From: Candidatus Saccharimonadota bacterium
Lineage (GTDB): Bacteria > Pseudomonadota > Gammaproteobacteria > Enterobacterales > Enterobacteriaceae
Direction: 5' to 3'
DNA length: 32,000 bases
NCBI RefSeq assembly: GCF_039383305.1
Contig: NZ_CP135009.1
Location: forward strand, 90,001-122,000
In this document: positions 1-10,366 of the stretch, piece by piece
Numbering within the stretch: the stretch's first letter is position 1
How the letters are laid out: each line of letters opens with the position of its first letter
Made by a program: the position numbers and the translations under genes
Notes under the pieces: generated by a model
Seen by the model: the letters and a program-made list of their open reading frames with translations, nothing else
What the model was told of the DNA's origin: nothing
The model's database searches: none

Positions 1-280
1 TATTTCGACAAAACATAAAGAATATGCAAAAAAATTTTGTAAAAAGTGTACTTTTTATGGGATACGGTATATTTTTGATACTAGTAAAATAAATTTAAAT
101 TTAAAAATAAAAAAATATGTAATGCAATATATTCCTTATATTGTTATTTTTGGGGATAAAGAGATTTTAAATAATTTAATTACTATTCGAAAACGTGAAA
201 GTAGTGTGTTATATACAAAAAAAATTAAAGTATTTTTAAAAGAATTGTCAGAAAAAATTATTACTTATGATAGATCTTAA
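1..280 (+). CDS. thrS: threonyl-tRNA synthetase, C-terminal fragment (5' end lies outside the window; codon phase starts at nt 2)
   Basis: The frame starting at nt 2 is open to TAA at 278-280. The translation ISTKHKEYAKKF..GIRYIFDTS..IPYIVIFGDKEILNNLITIRKRES.. is collinear with the E. coli ThrS C-terminus (..[50 protein letters not shown].., from memory). It lies immediately upstream of infC, as in enterobacteria. It is absent from the ORF track because it has no in-window start. Confidence 0.85.
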   Translation, partial: ISTKHKEYAKKFCKKCTFYGIRYIFDTSKINLNLKIKKYVMQYIPYIVIFGDKEILNNLITIRKRESSVLYTKKIKVFLKELSEKIITYDRS

Positions 281-296
281 TAAAGGAGTATAGCGT

Positions 297-839
297 ATTA
301 AATTCGGAAAAAAAACTCAAGTAATTCGTTCTCATCGTATTAATGAAGAAATTTTTGCTTCAAAAGTACGTTTGACAAATTTGGAAGGTGCGCAAATTGG
401 AATTTTTTCTTTAAAAGCAGCTTTAATTCAAGCTCATAATTTTGGTGTAGATTTAGTAGAAATAAGTCCTAATGCTAATCCTCCAGTTTGTCGGTTAATG
501 GATTACGGAAAATTTTTATATGAAAAAAATAAAGCAGCCAAAAAACAAAAAAAACGACAAAAAATTATTTTACTTAAGGAAGTCAAATTTCGTCCTAGTA
601 CACAAGAAAGTGATTATCAAGTAAAATTACGAAATTTAATTCGTTTTTTAGAAGAAGGTCATAAAGTCAAAATTACATTAAGATTTAGAGGTCGTGAAAT
701 GGCACATCAAAATCTTGGTATAAATCTTTTAAAACGAGTTGAAAAAGATTTAAAAATTTTATCTATTATTGAATATTTTCCTACTAAAATTGAAGGTCGT
801 CAAATGATTATGTTAGTAGCTCCTAAAAAAAAATATTAA
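297..839 (+). CDS. infC: translation initiation factor IF-3, starting at a non-canonical ATT codon
   Basis: The track ORF 372..839 stays open upstream to TAG at 291-293. ATT at 297 is preceded by AAGGAG (283-288, 8-nt spacer). It gives (M)[30 protein letters not shown], collinear with E. coli IF3 [31 protein letters not shown] (from memory). The product is 180 aa, the same length as E. coli IF3. Diagnostic blocks are [38 protein letters not shown] and [11 protein letters not shown]. Confidence 0.9.
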   Translation: MKFGKKTQVIRSHRINEEIFASKVRLTNLEGAQIGIFSLKAALIQAHNFGVDLVEISPNANPPVCRLMDYGKFLYEKNKAAKKQKKRQKIILLKEVKFRPSTQESDYQVKLRNLIRFLEEGHKVKITLRFRGREMAHQNLGINLLKRVEKDLKILSIIEYFPTKIEGRQMIMLVAPKKKY

Positions 840-906
840 ATTAATATTATTTGTTATATAAAAAATTATTTTATATTTAAAAAAAAATTAATACGGAAGA
901 TATTAT

Positions 907-1104
907 ATGCCTAAGATTAAAACTGTACGTAGTATTTTTAAGAGATTTAAGAAAATTTCTTTAGGACGTTTAAAACGTAAACAAGCAAATTTAAGGCATA
1001 TTTTAACTAAAAAAACAACTCAGAGAAAACGTCATTTAAGACGAAAAATTTTAGTAAAGATTGTAGATCAGAAAAGAATTTTATTATGTTTACCATATGT
1101 ATAG
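907..1104 (+). CDS. rpmI: 50S ribosomal protein L35
   Basis: The 65-aa product [14 protein letters not shown]...[19 protein letters not shown]...CLPY closely matches E. coli L35 ([42 protein letters not shown]). It lies in the infC-rpmI-rplT order. Confidence 0.95.
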   Translation: MPKIKTVRSIFKRFKKISLGRLKRKQANLRHILTKKTTQRKRHLRRKILVKIVDQKRILLCLPYV

Positions 1105-1146
1105 AATTTTTTTATTAATTTTTTTATTTTTAAAAAGGAGTTTTAA

Positions 1147-1509
1147 ATGGCTCGTGTTAAACGAGGAGTAACAGCGCATGCTAGACATAAAAAAATTTTA
1201 AAACAAGCAAAAGGATATTATGGAGCTCGATCTCGAGTATATAGAGTCGCAAAACAATCTGTAATTAAAGCCGGTCAATATGCTTATAGGGATAGACGGC
1301 AAAAAAAAAGAGAATTTAGAAAATTATGGATCATTCGTATTAATGCTGCTGTAAATTTTTATAATTTATCTTATAGTCAATTTATGTATGGTTTAAAAAA
1401 AATATATGTTTTAGTCAATAGAAAAATTTTGTCAGATTTAGCTATTTTTCATAAAAATGATTTTTTGTTATTAGTTAAAAAAGTACAGGTTTTTTTAAAT
1501 CATTCTTAA
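1147..1509 (+). CDS. rplT: 50S ribosomal protein L20
   Basis: [68 protein letters not shown] is near-identical to the E. coli L20 N-terminal two thirds. AAGGAG lies upstream at 1135-1140. Confidence 0.95.
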   Translation: MARVKRGVTAHARHKKILKQAKGYYGARSRVYRVAKQSVIKAGQYAYRDRRQKKREFRKLWIIRINAAVNFYNLSYSQFMYGLKKIYVLVNRKILSDLAIFHKNDFLLLVKKVQVFLNHS

Positions 1510-1621
1510 AATTTTTTAAAAATAAAAAAAATTAATATTTAAATAATATTTTTTAAAAAAAATATTAAAAAATTTCATATAAATTATTTTCTATTAAAGA
1601 TTGAAGGTAAGGAAAATTAAT

Positions 1622-2632
1622 ATGAAGTCTCTAAAAGAACTGAGTATAGTTTTTAAGAATATTTTTAAAGAATTTAAACAAGAATTACATAATATTCATA
1701 ATTTACAGAAAGTAGATTATTGTAAGTCTAAATATTTAGGGAAAAAAAGTGTTTTGATTCAGTATTTTAAAAAGATAAAAAAATTTTCTGTTGAAATTAA
1801 AAAAAAATATAGTTTTATATTAAATAATTTTAAGCAAAAAATTTTAGAAAATATTTTAATAAAAAAAAAAGATATTAAAAGAAAAATTTTAGAAAATAAA
1901 AAAAATATAATACAATACGATGTTTCTTTACCGGGACGTCGTATAGAAACTGGTAGTTTACATCCTGTAACTATTATTATTCAAAAAATTTTAAGTTTTT
2001 TTTTAAAAATGGGTTTTATAAGTTTAGAAGGCCCAGAAATTGAAGATGAATATCATAATTTCGATGCTTTAAATATTCCTCAGAATCATCCTTCTAAAAA
2101 TTTTAGTGATACATTTTGGTTCGATTCAAATCGTTTATTACGCACTCAGACTTCTAGTATGCAAATTCGAGCTTTAGAAAAATATGAAGTGCCTTTTCGA
2201 ATTGTTATTCCAGGAAAAGTATATCGTTATGATTTAGATTCTACGCATACCCCTATGTTTCATCAAATAGAGGGATTGATAATTGAACCTTTAATTTCAT
2301 TTACAAATTTAAAATGGTTTTTAAATTTATTTTTACAAGATATTTTTTCTACTGATATTAAAACTCGATTTCGTAATTCTTATTTTCCTTTTACAATGCC
2401 TTCATTAGAAATGGATATTCAAAATTCTGAAGGTAGTTGGTTAGAAATTTTAGGTGGAGGTATAGTACATCCAAATGTTTTAAAAAAATTTAATATAAAT
2501 TCAGAAAAATATTCTGCATGTGCTTTTGGTATTGGAGTGGAAAGAATCGCGATGTTAAAATATAATATTTCAGATATTAGATATTTTTTTGAAAATAATA
2601 TTAATTTTTTAAAACAATTTAAAAAAGAGTGA
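1622..2632 (+). CDS. pheS: phenylalanyl-tRNA synthetase alpha subunit
   Basis: Motifs DVSLPGRRIETGSLHPVT, GPEIEDEYHNFDALNIPQNHP, LLRTQTSSMQIR, HTPMFHQIEGL, YFPFTMPS and FGIGVERIAMLKY match E. coli PheS. The track start (TTG 1601) is probably over-extended. ATG 1622 follows AAGGAAA and aligns with the ortholog N-terminus. Confidence 0.9.
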   Translation: MKSLKELSIVFKNIFKEFKQELHNIHNLQKVDYCKSKYLGKKSVLIQYFKKIKKFSVEIKKKYSFILNNFKQKILENILIKKKDIKRKILENKKNIIQYDVSLPGRRIETGSLHPVTIIIQKILSFFLKMGFISLEGPEIEDEYHNFDALNIPQNHPSKNFSDTFWFDSNRLLRTQTSSMQIRALEKYEVPFRIVIPGKVYRYDLDSTHTPMFHQIEGLIIEPLISFTNLKWFLNLFLQDIFSTDIKTRFRNSYFPFTMPSLEMDIQNSEGSWLEILGGGIVHPNVLKKFNINSEKYSACAFGIGVERIAMLKYNISDIRYFFENNINFLKQFKKE

Positions 2633-2643
2633 GAGATGTATAT

Positions 2644-5049
2644 ATGAAATTTAGAGAAGAATGGTTATATTCTTGGATTCCTTCTTTAAAGAATTCTAAT
2701 AATTTAGAAGAAAAATTAAATAATGTAGGAATAGAAGTATCTTACATATGTAAAAATCGAAAATCTATTTTTGTTTCTAATGTTATTATAGGTACAGTTT
2801 ATAAAATTTTTAAACATCCTAAGAATTTAAATTATTGTATTTATTTAATAGATTTTGGAAAAATTTTTTTTAAAAAAATTCTTGTTAGTTTTGTTAATTG
2901 TTGTCAAATTGGGAATACAGTAATAGTTGCTCTTGCAGGTATTTCAATATATAAAAAAAAAAAAGTTCAGACTTTAAATATATTTGGAGTAGTATCGGAA
3001 GGTTTTTTTTGTAGTTTTTATATATTAAATCTTGGATTTCGTAGTCATGATATCGTTATTTTATCAAAAAAAAATTTAAAAGGATTAGAATTTTTTAAAT
3101 ATTTTAAAAAAAATTCTCGAATAATAAAATTTGATTGTCCGACAAATCGAATAGATTTGAAATCTATTTTTGGTATTTCTCGAGAAATTTCTATAATATA
3201 TAAAGTTCCTTTACCAAAAATTTTTACAAGAAAATTTAATACAGAAGTTAAACCATATTGCAAAGTTCAAAAAAATTTTTTTTCATTTAATAGTAATTAC
3301 ACATATCGAGAAATTCATAATCTTTCAAATAAAAATATTGTATTACCGTTAATAATTCAAGAAAGATTACGAGCATGTAATATATCTTTTCATAATACTT
3401 TAGAAAATCTTTTATATTATATTTTTTTGGAAACTGGACATTGGTTTCACATTTTTGATATAGATTTATTAGAAGATTTTCAGATACAAGTTCGTTTGAG
3501 TCGAATAGGAGAATATTTTACAAATATTTATAAAAAAAAAATATTTTTAGACAAAAATTCTTTAATTATTTCTAATAAAAATTTAATTTTGTCTACGTTT
3601 GACATGTCTCAAACTTTTGGTGCATTTGTTACTAAAAATACTAAAAATTTATTTATTGGTACAATAGATTTTGTTCAAGAATATAATTTTATGAAAAAAA
3701 AAGAAATTTTTTTTTTAAAAGATTTTTCACAATACTTAAGATATAATATTTTTTCTAAAAATTGTTTTAAAATCTTAGATTATTATACTTCTTTAATTTT
3801 AAAATTTTGCGGGGGTACTGTAACGCCTATTATTACGCAAAATTTAAATTTTTATTCTAAGACAGAAAAAAAAATTTTAGTACGTCAAAAAAAAGTAAAT
3901 CAAGTTATAGGTTATTCATTTTCAAAAAAAAAAATAATTGATATTTTAAAAAATAATTTTTTTAAATATATTAATATAAATAATATTTTATATTTTTATC
4001 CTCCTTATTGGCGTATAGATATTTTTTTAGAAGAAGATGTAATAGGTGAGATTGTTAATAGATTTGGTTGTCAAAATTTACCTATTTTATCTTTTTCAAA
4101 TTCAATTAATTTTAAAAATATTATTTTAAAAAATTCTGTTTCTTTATTACGAATTAAAAATTTTTTAGTAAATCATGGATATTTTGAAGTTATTACATAT
4201 AGTTTTATAAATCCAAAATTTCAAAAAATTTTTTTTCCAAAAAAAAAATTTTTAATTATTAAAAATTCTATTTCTTTTGATATGTCTGTAATGCGTATGT
4301 CAATTTGGGTAGGATTATTAAATTGTATTTCGTATCATCAAAAAAGACAACATGAATCAATACGAATTTTTGAAACTGGTTTATGTTTTTTTTCTGATAG
4401 AACATCAGATTTACATATTAGACAAGAGAAATATCTTGCATGTGCTATAAGTGGAAATTTTTCTATTAATTCTTGGAATTTAAAAAATAGAAAATTTGAT
4501 TTTTATGATATGAAAGGTATTATTGAATCTATTTTAGATTTATGTGGAAAATTAGAAAATGTAAATATTTCTTTAGAAAATTTTCCTGGTTTAGAACGGC
4601 ATCAAAGTGCTGGAATTTATCTTTCTGGGCAGTTAATTGGAAAGATTGGAGTTTTAGATTCTTCTTTTTATGAAATTTTTTCTTTAACTCATAGTGTAAT
4701 TTTATGTGAAATTTTATGGGAAAAAATTTCTTTAAAAAATTCTTTTATAATAAATACTGTTTCTATGTTACCTACAATTACTAAAGACATTTCTATTATT
4801 GTTTTAGAAAATATTATTAGCATTCAGATCGTGAAAGTTTGTAAAAAAATTTTAAATAAAGATAATGTGAAGATTTTTATATATGATGTATATTATGGTA
4901 AAGGGATTCCAATAGGATATAAAAGTTTATCCTTACGTTTTATTTTTCAAAGTTTTAATATAATGTTAACTGATATAGAAATATTAAAAAAAATTCAAAA
5001 TTGTATTAATGTATTAAAAATTAAGTTTCAGGCAATTTTAAGAGATTAA
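2644..5049 (+). CDS. pheT: phenylalanyl-tRNA synthetase beta subunit
   Basis: At 801 aa it is close to E. coli PheT (795 aa). [13 protein letters not shown] aligns with E. coli MKFSELWLREWVNP. It lies directly downstream of pheS (stop TGA 2630-2632), with GAGAG 8 nt before ATG 2644. The track GTG start at 2629 is likely a 5-codon over-extension. The protein is highly diverged and K/I/N-rich. Confidence 0.88.
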   Translation: MKFREEWLYSWIPSLKNSNNLEEKLNNVGIEVSYICKNRKSIFVSNVIIGTVYKIFKHPKNLNYCIYLIDFGKIFFKKILVSFVNCCQIGNTVIVALAGISIYKKKKVQTLNIFGVVSEGFFCSFYILNLGFRSHDIVILSKKNLKGLEFFKYFKKNSRIIKFDCPTNRIDLKSIFGISREISIIYKVPLPKIFTRKFNTEVKPYCKVQKNFFSFNSNYTYREIHNLSNKNIVLPLIIQERLRACNISFHNTLENLLYYIFLETGHWFHIFDIDLLEDFQIQVRLSRIGEYFTNIYKKKIFLDKNSLIISNKNLILSTFDMSQTFGAFVTKNTKNLFIGTIDFVQEYNFMKKKEIFFLKDFSQYLRYNIFSKNCFKILDYYTSLILKFCGGTVTPIITQNLNFYSKTEKKILVRQKKVNQVIGYSFSKKKIIDILKNNFFKYININNILYFYPPYWRIDIFLEEDVIGEIVNRFGCQNLPILSFSNSINFKNIILKNSVSLLRIKNFLVNHGYFEVITYSFINPKFQKIFFPKKKFLIIKNSISFDMSVMRMSIWVGLLNCISYHQKRQHESIRIFETGLCFFSDRTSDLHIRQEKYLACAISGNFSINSWNLKNRKFDFYDMKGIIESILDLCGKLENVNISLENFPGLERHQSAGIYLSGQLIGKIGVLDSSFYEIFSLTHSVILCEILWEKISLKNSFIINTVSMLPTITKDISIIVLENIISIQIVKVCKKILNKDNVKIFIYDVYYGKGIPIGYKSLSLRFIFQSFNIMLTDIEILKKIQNCINVLKIKFQAILRD

Positions 5050-5053
5050 ATTT

Positions 5054-5368
5054 ATGGTATTAACTAAAGCTGAAATTTCTGATTTTTTATTTGAAAAATT
5101 AGATATTAATAAACAAGATATAAAAGAATTAATAGAGATTTTTTTTGAAGAAGTACGTAAATCTTTAGAAAAAGGTGAAGAGGTAAAGTTATCTGGTTTT
5201 GGAAATTTTTGTTTACGAGATAAAAAAGAACGTCCAGGAAGAAATCCCAAAACAGGAGAAAATGTTTTTATTTCTGCGCGTCGAGTTGTGATTTTTAAAG
5301 CAGGTCAAAAATTACGTAATAGAGTAGAAAATTTTATATTATTAACCAAAAAAAAAAATAAAAAATAA
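5054..5368 (+). CDS. ihfA: integration host factor alpha subunit
   Basis: [53 protein letters not shown]...I.ARRVV.FK.GQKL..RVEN matches E. coli IhfA almost residue for residue. It sits downstream of pheT, as in E. coli. Confidence 0.93.
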   Translation: MVLTKAEISDFLFEKLDINKQDIKELIEIFFEEVRKSLEKGEEVKLSGFGNFCLRDKKERPGRNPKTGENVFISARRVVIFKAGQKLRNRVENFILLTKKKNKK

Positions 5369-5683
5369 TAACTTTTTTTGAAAAAATATTTATAATAAAA
5401 AATTTTATTTTTTTAAAATATATAATAGATAAAAATTATTTATATTTTATAGATTTTTTTTATTTAATATTTTTTAAAAGTTTAGAAATTTTTTAAATAT
5501 TATATTTTTAAAGAAGTCAGAAATTTTTTGTAAAATAGAGAATTTTATTATAAAAATAATTTTAATTTTTTAGAAATGTTAAAGATTTTTAAGGTTTTTT
5601 TGTATAAAAAAATTTTTATATGTAAAAAAAAATATTTTTAAAAAATAAAATTTTTTTTGTAATTTTTTTATTGATAAAACATA

Positions 5684-5716
5684 CTCTTAAGTACTAATAA
5701 TTTTTGTACTTAAGAG
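5684..5716 (-). terminator. candidate intrinsic terminator (perfect 11-bp stem, 11-nt loop) downstream of glyS
   Basis: CTCTTAAGTAC (5684-5694) and GTACTTAAGAG (5706-5716) are perfect reverse complements. On the minus strand the stem is followed by TATGTTTTAT, 62 nt after the glyS stop. It is the only G/C-bearing element in a roughly 9% G+C spacer. Confidence 0.5.
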
Positions 5717-5777
5717 AAAAAAAATTTTTAGTAATTGATAAAATTTTTTTATAATATTTTTATATTTTATAGCGGAT

Positions 5778-7865
5778 TTATTTTTTTTTTTTAATTTTTA
5801 AATAAGAAAAATCAGATATATAAAAAAATATTTTTTTAATTTTATAAAGAAGTAATAAACGATTGAATTTAACATTTTTTTGTGGATGATTAATTAATTT
5901 TGTTTTAAAAAATTTTTCTAGTAATATACATAATTTTTCTAAATTTTTTAAAAAATTTAAATAATACATTTTTTTTTTATAATTTTTATTATCTTTTTTT
6001 ATTAAATAAATTTTTTTAAATATTTTTTTTTCTAAATTTTTTAAATGATTTTTATCAATCTTTTTATTTTTAAATTTAAAATTTGTTTTTTTTAAAATAT
6101 TATTAATACGTTTATATGTAAGTAAAATTTTTAAATAATTTTTTTGTTTTTGGAAGAAATGTAAATTTAAAATTCTTAAGTATATATTTACAAAATTAGT
6201 TAATTTTAATGATAATACTGATTTGATTATATCTTTAGGATATTTTTTAGTATAAAATTGTATAAATCTTTTATTCAAAAAAAATAAAATTTTTGATTTT
6301 AAAAAATTTAAATTTTTTTTAATATTATAAGATTTTAAAGATTTTTGTATTAATTTTGAAATATTTATTTGTATATTATTTTCAATAATAATTCTAATAA
6401 TTCCTATAGCAGCACGTTTACTTGCATATGGATCATAATTTTTTTGTGGTTCTTCATGAATACTAAATAAACCTGTAATAGAGTCTAATTTATCCGCAAT
6501 AGAGATAATTTGAGCGATAGAATTTTTAGGAAGAGGTCCTGTAGAATATTTAGGGTAATAGTGTTCTTGAATAGCATTAGATATTTCAAGATCTTCTTTG
6601 AAAAATTTTGAATATTGATACCCAATTATTCCTTGTAGTTTTGGATATTCTGCAACCATTAATGTTGTTAAATCACATTTAGAAAGAGATATAGCACGTA
6701 TTATTTTTTTTTTATTATTTTTTTTTGTTTTTTTATTAATATATAAACTAATTTTTTGCATTCTGATAATTTTTTTAAATAAAGTACCTAATTTATTATG
6801 AAAATTAATTTTTTTAAGTAAATTAATGCGTTTTTCTAAAGAAATTAAGACGTCTTTTTTTAGAAAAAAAAGTACATCATCAAATCTAGAACATAAAACT
6901 TTTTCATTACCTAAAATGACATTATTTGAATTTTTTATATCTATATTATTAATAAATAAAAAATTATTTGAAAGTATTTTAGTATTTTTTTGATAAGTAG
7001 GTAAATATTTTTGCTGTTCTTCCATTACATGAATTAAAATTAATTTAGGAATTTTTAGAAATTTTTCAGGAAATTTTCCAGAAAAAATTTTAGGCCATTC
7101 TACTAAAGATGTTATTTCATTTATTAAAGATTTTTTAATTTTAATTGAGCATCCTAATTTTTTTTTAAAAGTGTTAATTTGTTTTAAAATTTCTTGTTTT
7201 CTTTTTTTATAATTTATAATAACTTTTTTTTGAAAATATAATTCTTCTGTATATTCATTAGCTTTTTTTAAGGAAAAATAAGAAGGCGATAAAATAAAAT
7301 GTCCTGTGGATAGTCGATTAGATATTAATCCGAATAATTTTACTGGAATAATATTTTTATTTAATAAAATTAAAATATTTCTTACTGGTCTGATAAATTT
7401 TGTTTGTGATTGATTCCAATACATTGAATTTTTACATGGAATTTTTAATATAATTTTTGGTATAATTTTTTTAAGTATATCTTGTAATGATGATGGTTTT
7501 TTTTTTATATGAAAGGTTAAATATTCTTTTTTATTAATTATACTTTTTTGAATTTTATTGATAGGTATTTGAAATTTTTTTATCCATTTTTTAAAATTTT
7601 TTGTTTTTGTACCATTTTTATCGTATGCTTTTTCAATAGATGGTCCTTTAATTCGTATTTTTTTAGATAAATTGTCATTTTTTAAATTTTTAATTTTTAA
7701 AGATAATCTTCGTAGTGTAGAAAAATTTTTTATAGAATCCCATGTGATATTATAAATTTTTAATGTAATTATAAAAATTTTTAAAAAATTTTTAGATAAT
7801 TCATGAAGTTGTAATGCCGGTAAATCTTCTATGATTAATTCTATTAAGAATATATTTTTATTCAT
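5778..7865 (-). CDS. glyS: glycyl-tRNA synthetase beta subunit
   Basis: The 695-aa product compares with 689 aa in E. coli GlyS. It lies immediately downstream of glyQ on the same strand, with AAGGC before the ATG. Conserved central blocks are LVEWPKIFSGKF...FL.IP...LI..M...QKY. and DP(Y/F)A.KRAA.GI.RI. It is otherwise strongly diverged and lysine-rich. Confidence 0.88.
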   Translation of the reverse strand: MNKNIFLIELIIEDLPALQLHELSKNFLKIFIITLKIYNITWDSIKNFSTLRRLSLKIKNLKNDNLSKKIRIKGPSIEKAYDKNGTKTKNFKKWIKKFQIPINKIQKSIINKKEYLTFHIKKKPSSLQDILKKIIPKIILKIPCKNSMYWNQSQTKFIRPVRNILILLNKNIIPVKLFGLISNRLSTGHFILSPSYFSLKKANEYTEELYFQKKVIINYKKRKQEILKQINTFKKKLGCSIKIKKSLINEITSLVEWPKIFSGKFPEKFLKIPKLILIHVMEEQQKYLPTYQKNTKILSNNFLFINNIDIKNSNNVILGNEKVLCSRFDDVLFFLKKDVLISLEKRINLLKKINFHNKLGTLFKKIIRMQKISLYINKKTKKNNKKKIIRAISLSKCDLTTLMVAEYPKLQGIIGYQYSKFFKEDLEISNAIQEHYYPKYSTGPLPKNSIAQIISIADKLDSITGLFSIHEEPQKNYDPYASKRAAIGIIRIIIENNIQINISKLIQKSLKSYNIKKNLNFLKSKILFFLNKRFIQFYTKKYPKDIIKSVLSLKLTNFVNIYLRILNLHFFQKQKNYLKILLTYKRINNILKKTNFKFKNKKIDKNHLKNLEKKIFKKIYLIKKDNKNYKKKMYYLNFLKNLEKLCILLEKFFKTKLINHPQKNVKFNRLLLLYKIKKIFFYISDFSYLKIKKKK

Positions 7866-7894
7866 TTTTTAGCCTTAAAAAATTATATTAAAGT

Positions 7895-8773
7895 TTAAAA
7901 AAAATTTTTTAAATAGTTTAAAGAAATAGATTTAATTTGTGTTCGTATTTGTGATACATAATTAGTCCGTTCTATTACTGAAAGAATTTTTTTACATTCT
8001 AATAGATTAAAATAATGGATTGCATTTAATACATGTTCATAAGCAGGAACAATCAATTTTTTTTTGTTTTCATTTAAATTTTTAGAGATTTCCATATGAA
8101 GTGAATATAATTTATATAATTTTTTTTTATTAGATTCTTCAAAGTTGTATAATGAATGTTGAGTTTCAGATAAATTAAATAAATTTCCATATGTAATTTT
8201 TTTATTTTTATAAATATCCCAAATTATTTCAAAAATATTAGTACAATTTTGAATGTGTAATGCTAGTCGTTCTAAACCATATGTAATTTCTACTGAAATT
8301 GGATTGCAGTTTAAACTACCCATTTGTTGAAAATAAGTAAACTGAGTAATTTCCATTCCATTAATCCAGATTTCCCATCCTAGTCCGCAAGCTCCTAAAG
8401 TTGTATTTTCCCAATTATCTTCAATAAAACGAATATCATTATTTTTTAGATCAATATTTAAAATTTTTAAAGATTTTAAAAATATTTGTTGTATATTATC
8501 AGGAGCTGGTTTTAAAAGTACTTGAAATTGATAATAATGTTGTAAACGATTAGGATTTTTAGTATATCTACCGTCAGATGGTCGCCGTGTTGGTTGCACA
8601 TAAGCAAGTTTTATTAAATTCTTATTTAATACATTAAAAAAAGTTTTAGGATGAAAGGTACCTGCGCCTACATTTAAATCTAAAGGTTGTAAAATAATGC
8701 AACCTTGTGAATTCCAAAATTTTTGAAGTTTTTGAATGATTTTTGAAAATGTTAAGATTTTTGAAGAATTCAT
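7895..8773 (-). CDS. glyQ: glycyl-tRNA synthetase alpha subunit
   Basis: QGC.I.QP.D..VGAGT.HP, YVQP.RRP.DGRY..NPNRLQHYYQFQV.LKP.PDNIQ, IRF.EDNWEN.TLGA.GLGWE.W.NGME.TQFTYFQQ and EITYGLERLA match E. coli GlyQ. The track start (TTG 8788) is probably 5 codons too long. ATG at 8773 is preferred. Confidence 0.92.
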   Translation of the reverse strand: MNSSKILTFSKIIQKLQKFWNSQGCIILQPLDLNVGAGTFHPKTFFNVLNKNLIKLAYVQPTRRPSDGRYTKNPNRLQHYYQFQVLLKPAPDNIQQIFLKSLKILNIDLKNNDIRFIEDNWENTTLGACGLGWEIWINGMEITQFTYFQQMGSLNCNPISVEITYGLERLALHIQNCTNIFEIIWDIYKNKKITYGNLFNLSETQHSLYNFEESNKKKLYKLYSLHMEISKNLNENKKKLIVPAYEHVLNAIHYFNLLECKKILSVIERTNYVSQIRTQIKSISLNYLKNFF

Positions 8774-8968
8774 ATTTATAATTTCCAAATTTTTATAATT
8801 AATTTATAATGAGTGCATTTCATATCATATTATATTGTTTAAAATAAAAAATTTTTATTTATTTTTTTATACTATACAAAATAATTTATTTTATAAAAAA
8901 ATTTTATTTTTTAAGTTAGAAGTAATATTTTAGTATACAATAGTTTATTTTTTTAAGGATAATTAAGA

Positions 8969-9808
8969 GTGACAAAATATATTGGAGCTCATGTAAGTTC
9001 TGCGGGAGGAGTTGAGAATTCAGTATTACGTGCGCATGAAATAGGAGCGACAACGTTTGCATTATTTCTTCAAAATCAGAGACGTTGGGAGTCACCTCCA
9101 TTAACTAAAATTTCGAAAATTTTATTTAAAAAAAATTGTCAAAAATATGGATATGTTTCAAAATATATTTTACCTCATAGTAGTTATTTAATAAATTTAG
9201 GACATCCAAATAATTTTTTAAGAAAAAAATCTCAATTTTTTTTTATAAAAGAAATTTATAGATGTCAAGAATTAGGTTTATCAATGTTAAATTTTCATCC
9301 AGGAAGTTTTTTAAGAAAAATTTCTGAAAAAAAATGTTTAAAAAATATTATTGAATCAATAAATATAGTTTTAAATATAACAAAAGATATTACAATTGTT
9401 ATAGAAAATACAGCAGGTCAAGGGAGTAATGTAGGGTATTGTTTTGAGCATTTAGCTTATATAATACGATATGTAGAAGATCATACAAGAATTGGAGTTT
9501 GTTTAGATAGTTGTCATTTATATGCTTCTGGATATGATTTACATGATTTTACAGGAATTTTAAATACATTTAAAAAATTTGAAGAAATTGTGAGTTTTAA
9601 ATATTTAAAAGGTTTGCATTTAAATGATTCTCTTTATCCTTTAAGAAGTCGTATAGACCGTCATGAAAACTTAGGGAAAGGTTATATTAAAAGTTTTTTT
9701 TTTAAATGGATTATGAAAACAAAGAAATTTCAGAATATACCTATTATTTTAGAAACAAAAAATAAAAATTTATGGTCTTCAGAAATTAAATGGTTAAAAA
9801 GTTTGTGA
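8969..9808 (+). CDS. nfo: endonuclease IV (AP endonuclease)
   Basis: (M)TKYIGAHVSSAGG, LPH.SYLINLGHP, LNFHPGS, IENTAGQGSN.G..FEHLA.II, GVC.DSCH..A.GYDL, KG.HLND and R.DRHE.LG.G match E. coli Nfo along the full length (279 vs 285 aa). It has a GTG start, with AAGGA 9 nt upstream. Confidence 0.93.
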   Translation: MTKYIGAHVSSAGGVENSVLRAHEIGATTFALFLQNQRRWESPPLTKISKILFKKNCQKYGYVSKYILPHSSYLINLGHPNNFLRKKSQFFFIKEIYRCQELGLSMLNFHPGSFLRKISEKKCLKNIIESINIVLNITKDITIVIENTAGQGSNVGYCFEHLAYIIRYVEDHTRIGVCLDSCHLYASGYDLHDFTGILNTFKKFEEIVSFKYLKGLHLNDSLYPLRSRIDRHENLGKGYIKSFFFKWIMKTKKFQNIPIILETKNKNLWSSEIKWLKSL

Positions 9809-9909
9809 AGATTTTTTTTAAAAATAATACAAATTTTTTATTATTTAAAATTTTTTAAATTTTTATTTAAATTAAAATTTTATAATATTAATTAAAATTG
9901 AGAGAGTTT

Positions 9910-10224
9910 ATGATTATATTTGAAGCAACCCAAAGGACAAAAATAGGTACACAATATAGTCGTTTTATTAGACGGAAAGAAAATAAAATTCCAGCTATTA
10001 TTTATGGTTTTAAAAAGTATAAACCTACTTTATTAATATTTTTAAAGCATAATAATTTTTTAAATTATCAAATAACGAAAGAGTTTGGTATTAAACCATT
10101 ATGCATTATATTAAAAAAAAAAAAATATTTAGTAAAAATTCAAGAAATTCAAAGACATGCATTTAAATTGAAAATTTTACATATAGATTTTTTATATATT
10201 TCAGGAGATTTTAAGAATTTTTAA
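9910..10224 (+). CDS. rplY: 50S ribosomal protein L25
   Basis: M.I.A..R...G...SR..RR..K.PAIIYG and the C-terminal QRH.FK.K..HIDF match E. coli L25. ATG 9910 aligns with the ortholog N-terminus. The track TTG at 9898 has no ribosome-binding site and adds 4 residues. The product carries a roughly 10-aa C-terminal extension relative to E. coli. Confidence 0.82.
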   Translation: MIIFEATQRTKIGTQYSRFIRRKENKIPAIIYGFKKYKPTLLIFLKHNNFLNYQITKEFGIKPLCIILKKKKYLVKIQEIQRHAFKLKILHIDFLYISGDFKNF

Positions 10225-10265
10225 TTTTTTTATAAAAAATAAATTGTATTTTTTAAAAAAATATT

Positions 10266-10345
10266 ATCGGCACGTATAATTATTATTAAAATTTTTTAAA
10301 TATAAATAAAAGTTATTTGTATAAAAAATTTTTTTTCGTGCCGAT
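10266..10345. other. G/C-rich 9-bp inverted repeat closing a 62-nt A/T-only interval, between convergent rplY and yabI
   Basis: ATCGGCACG (10266-10274) and CGTGCCGAT (10337-10345) are perfect reverse complements (6 of 9 positions are G/C). T-runs lie on the distal side in both orientations. Position and symmetry suggest a bidirectional terminator or RNA-end structure, but the loop is far larger than in canonical terminators. Confidence 0.4.
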
Positions 10346-10366
10346 TTAAAACTGACAAAAAAATTT

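Noticed and set aside
2118-2133. tRNA T-arm-like string GGTTCGATTCAAATCG
   Set aside because: It lies inside pheS, encoding the conserved FWFDSNR. No acceptor or anticodon stems can be drawn around it. I found no tRNA, rRNA, tmRNA or RNase P-like sequence anywhere in the window.
5484-5529. Direct repeat AGAAATTTTTT at 5484-5494 and 5519-5529 in the ihfA-glyS spacer
   Set aside because: It is an 11-mer of almost pure A/T in a 91% A/T spacer, which is expected by chance. It shows no array-like periodicity.
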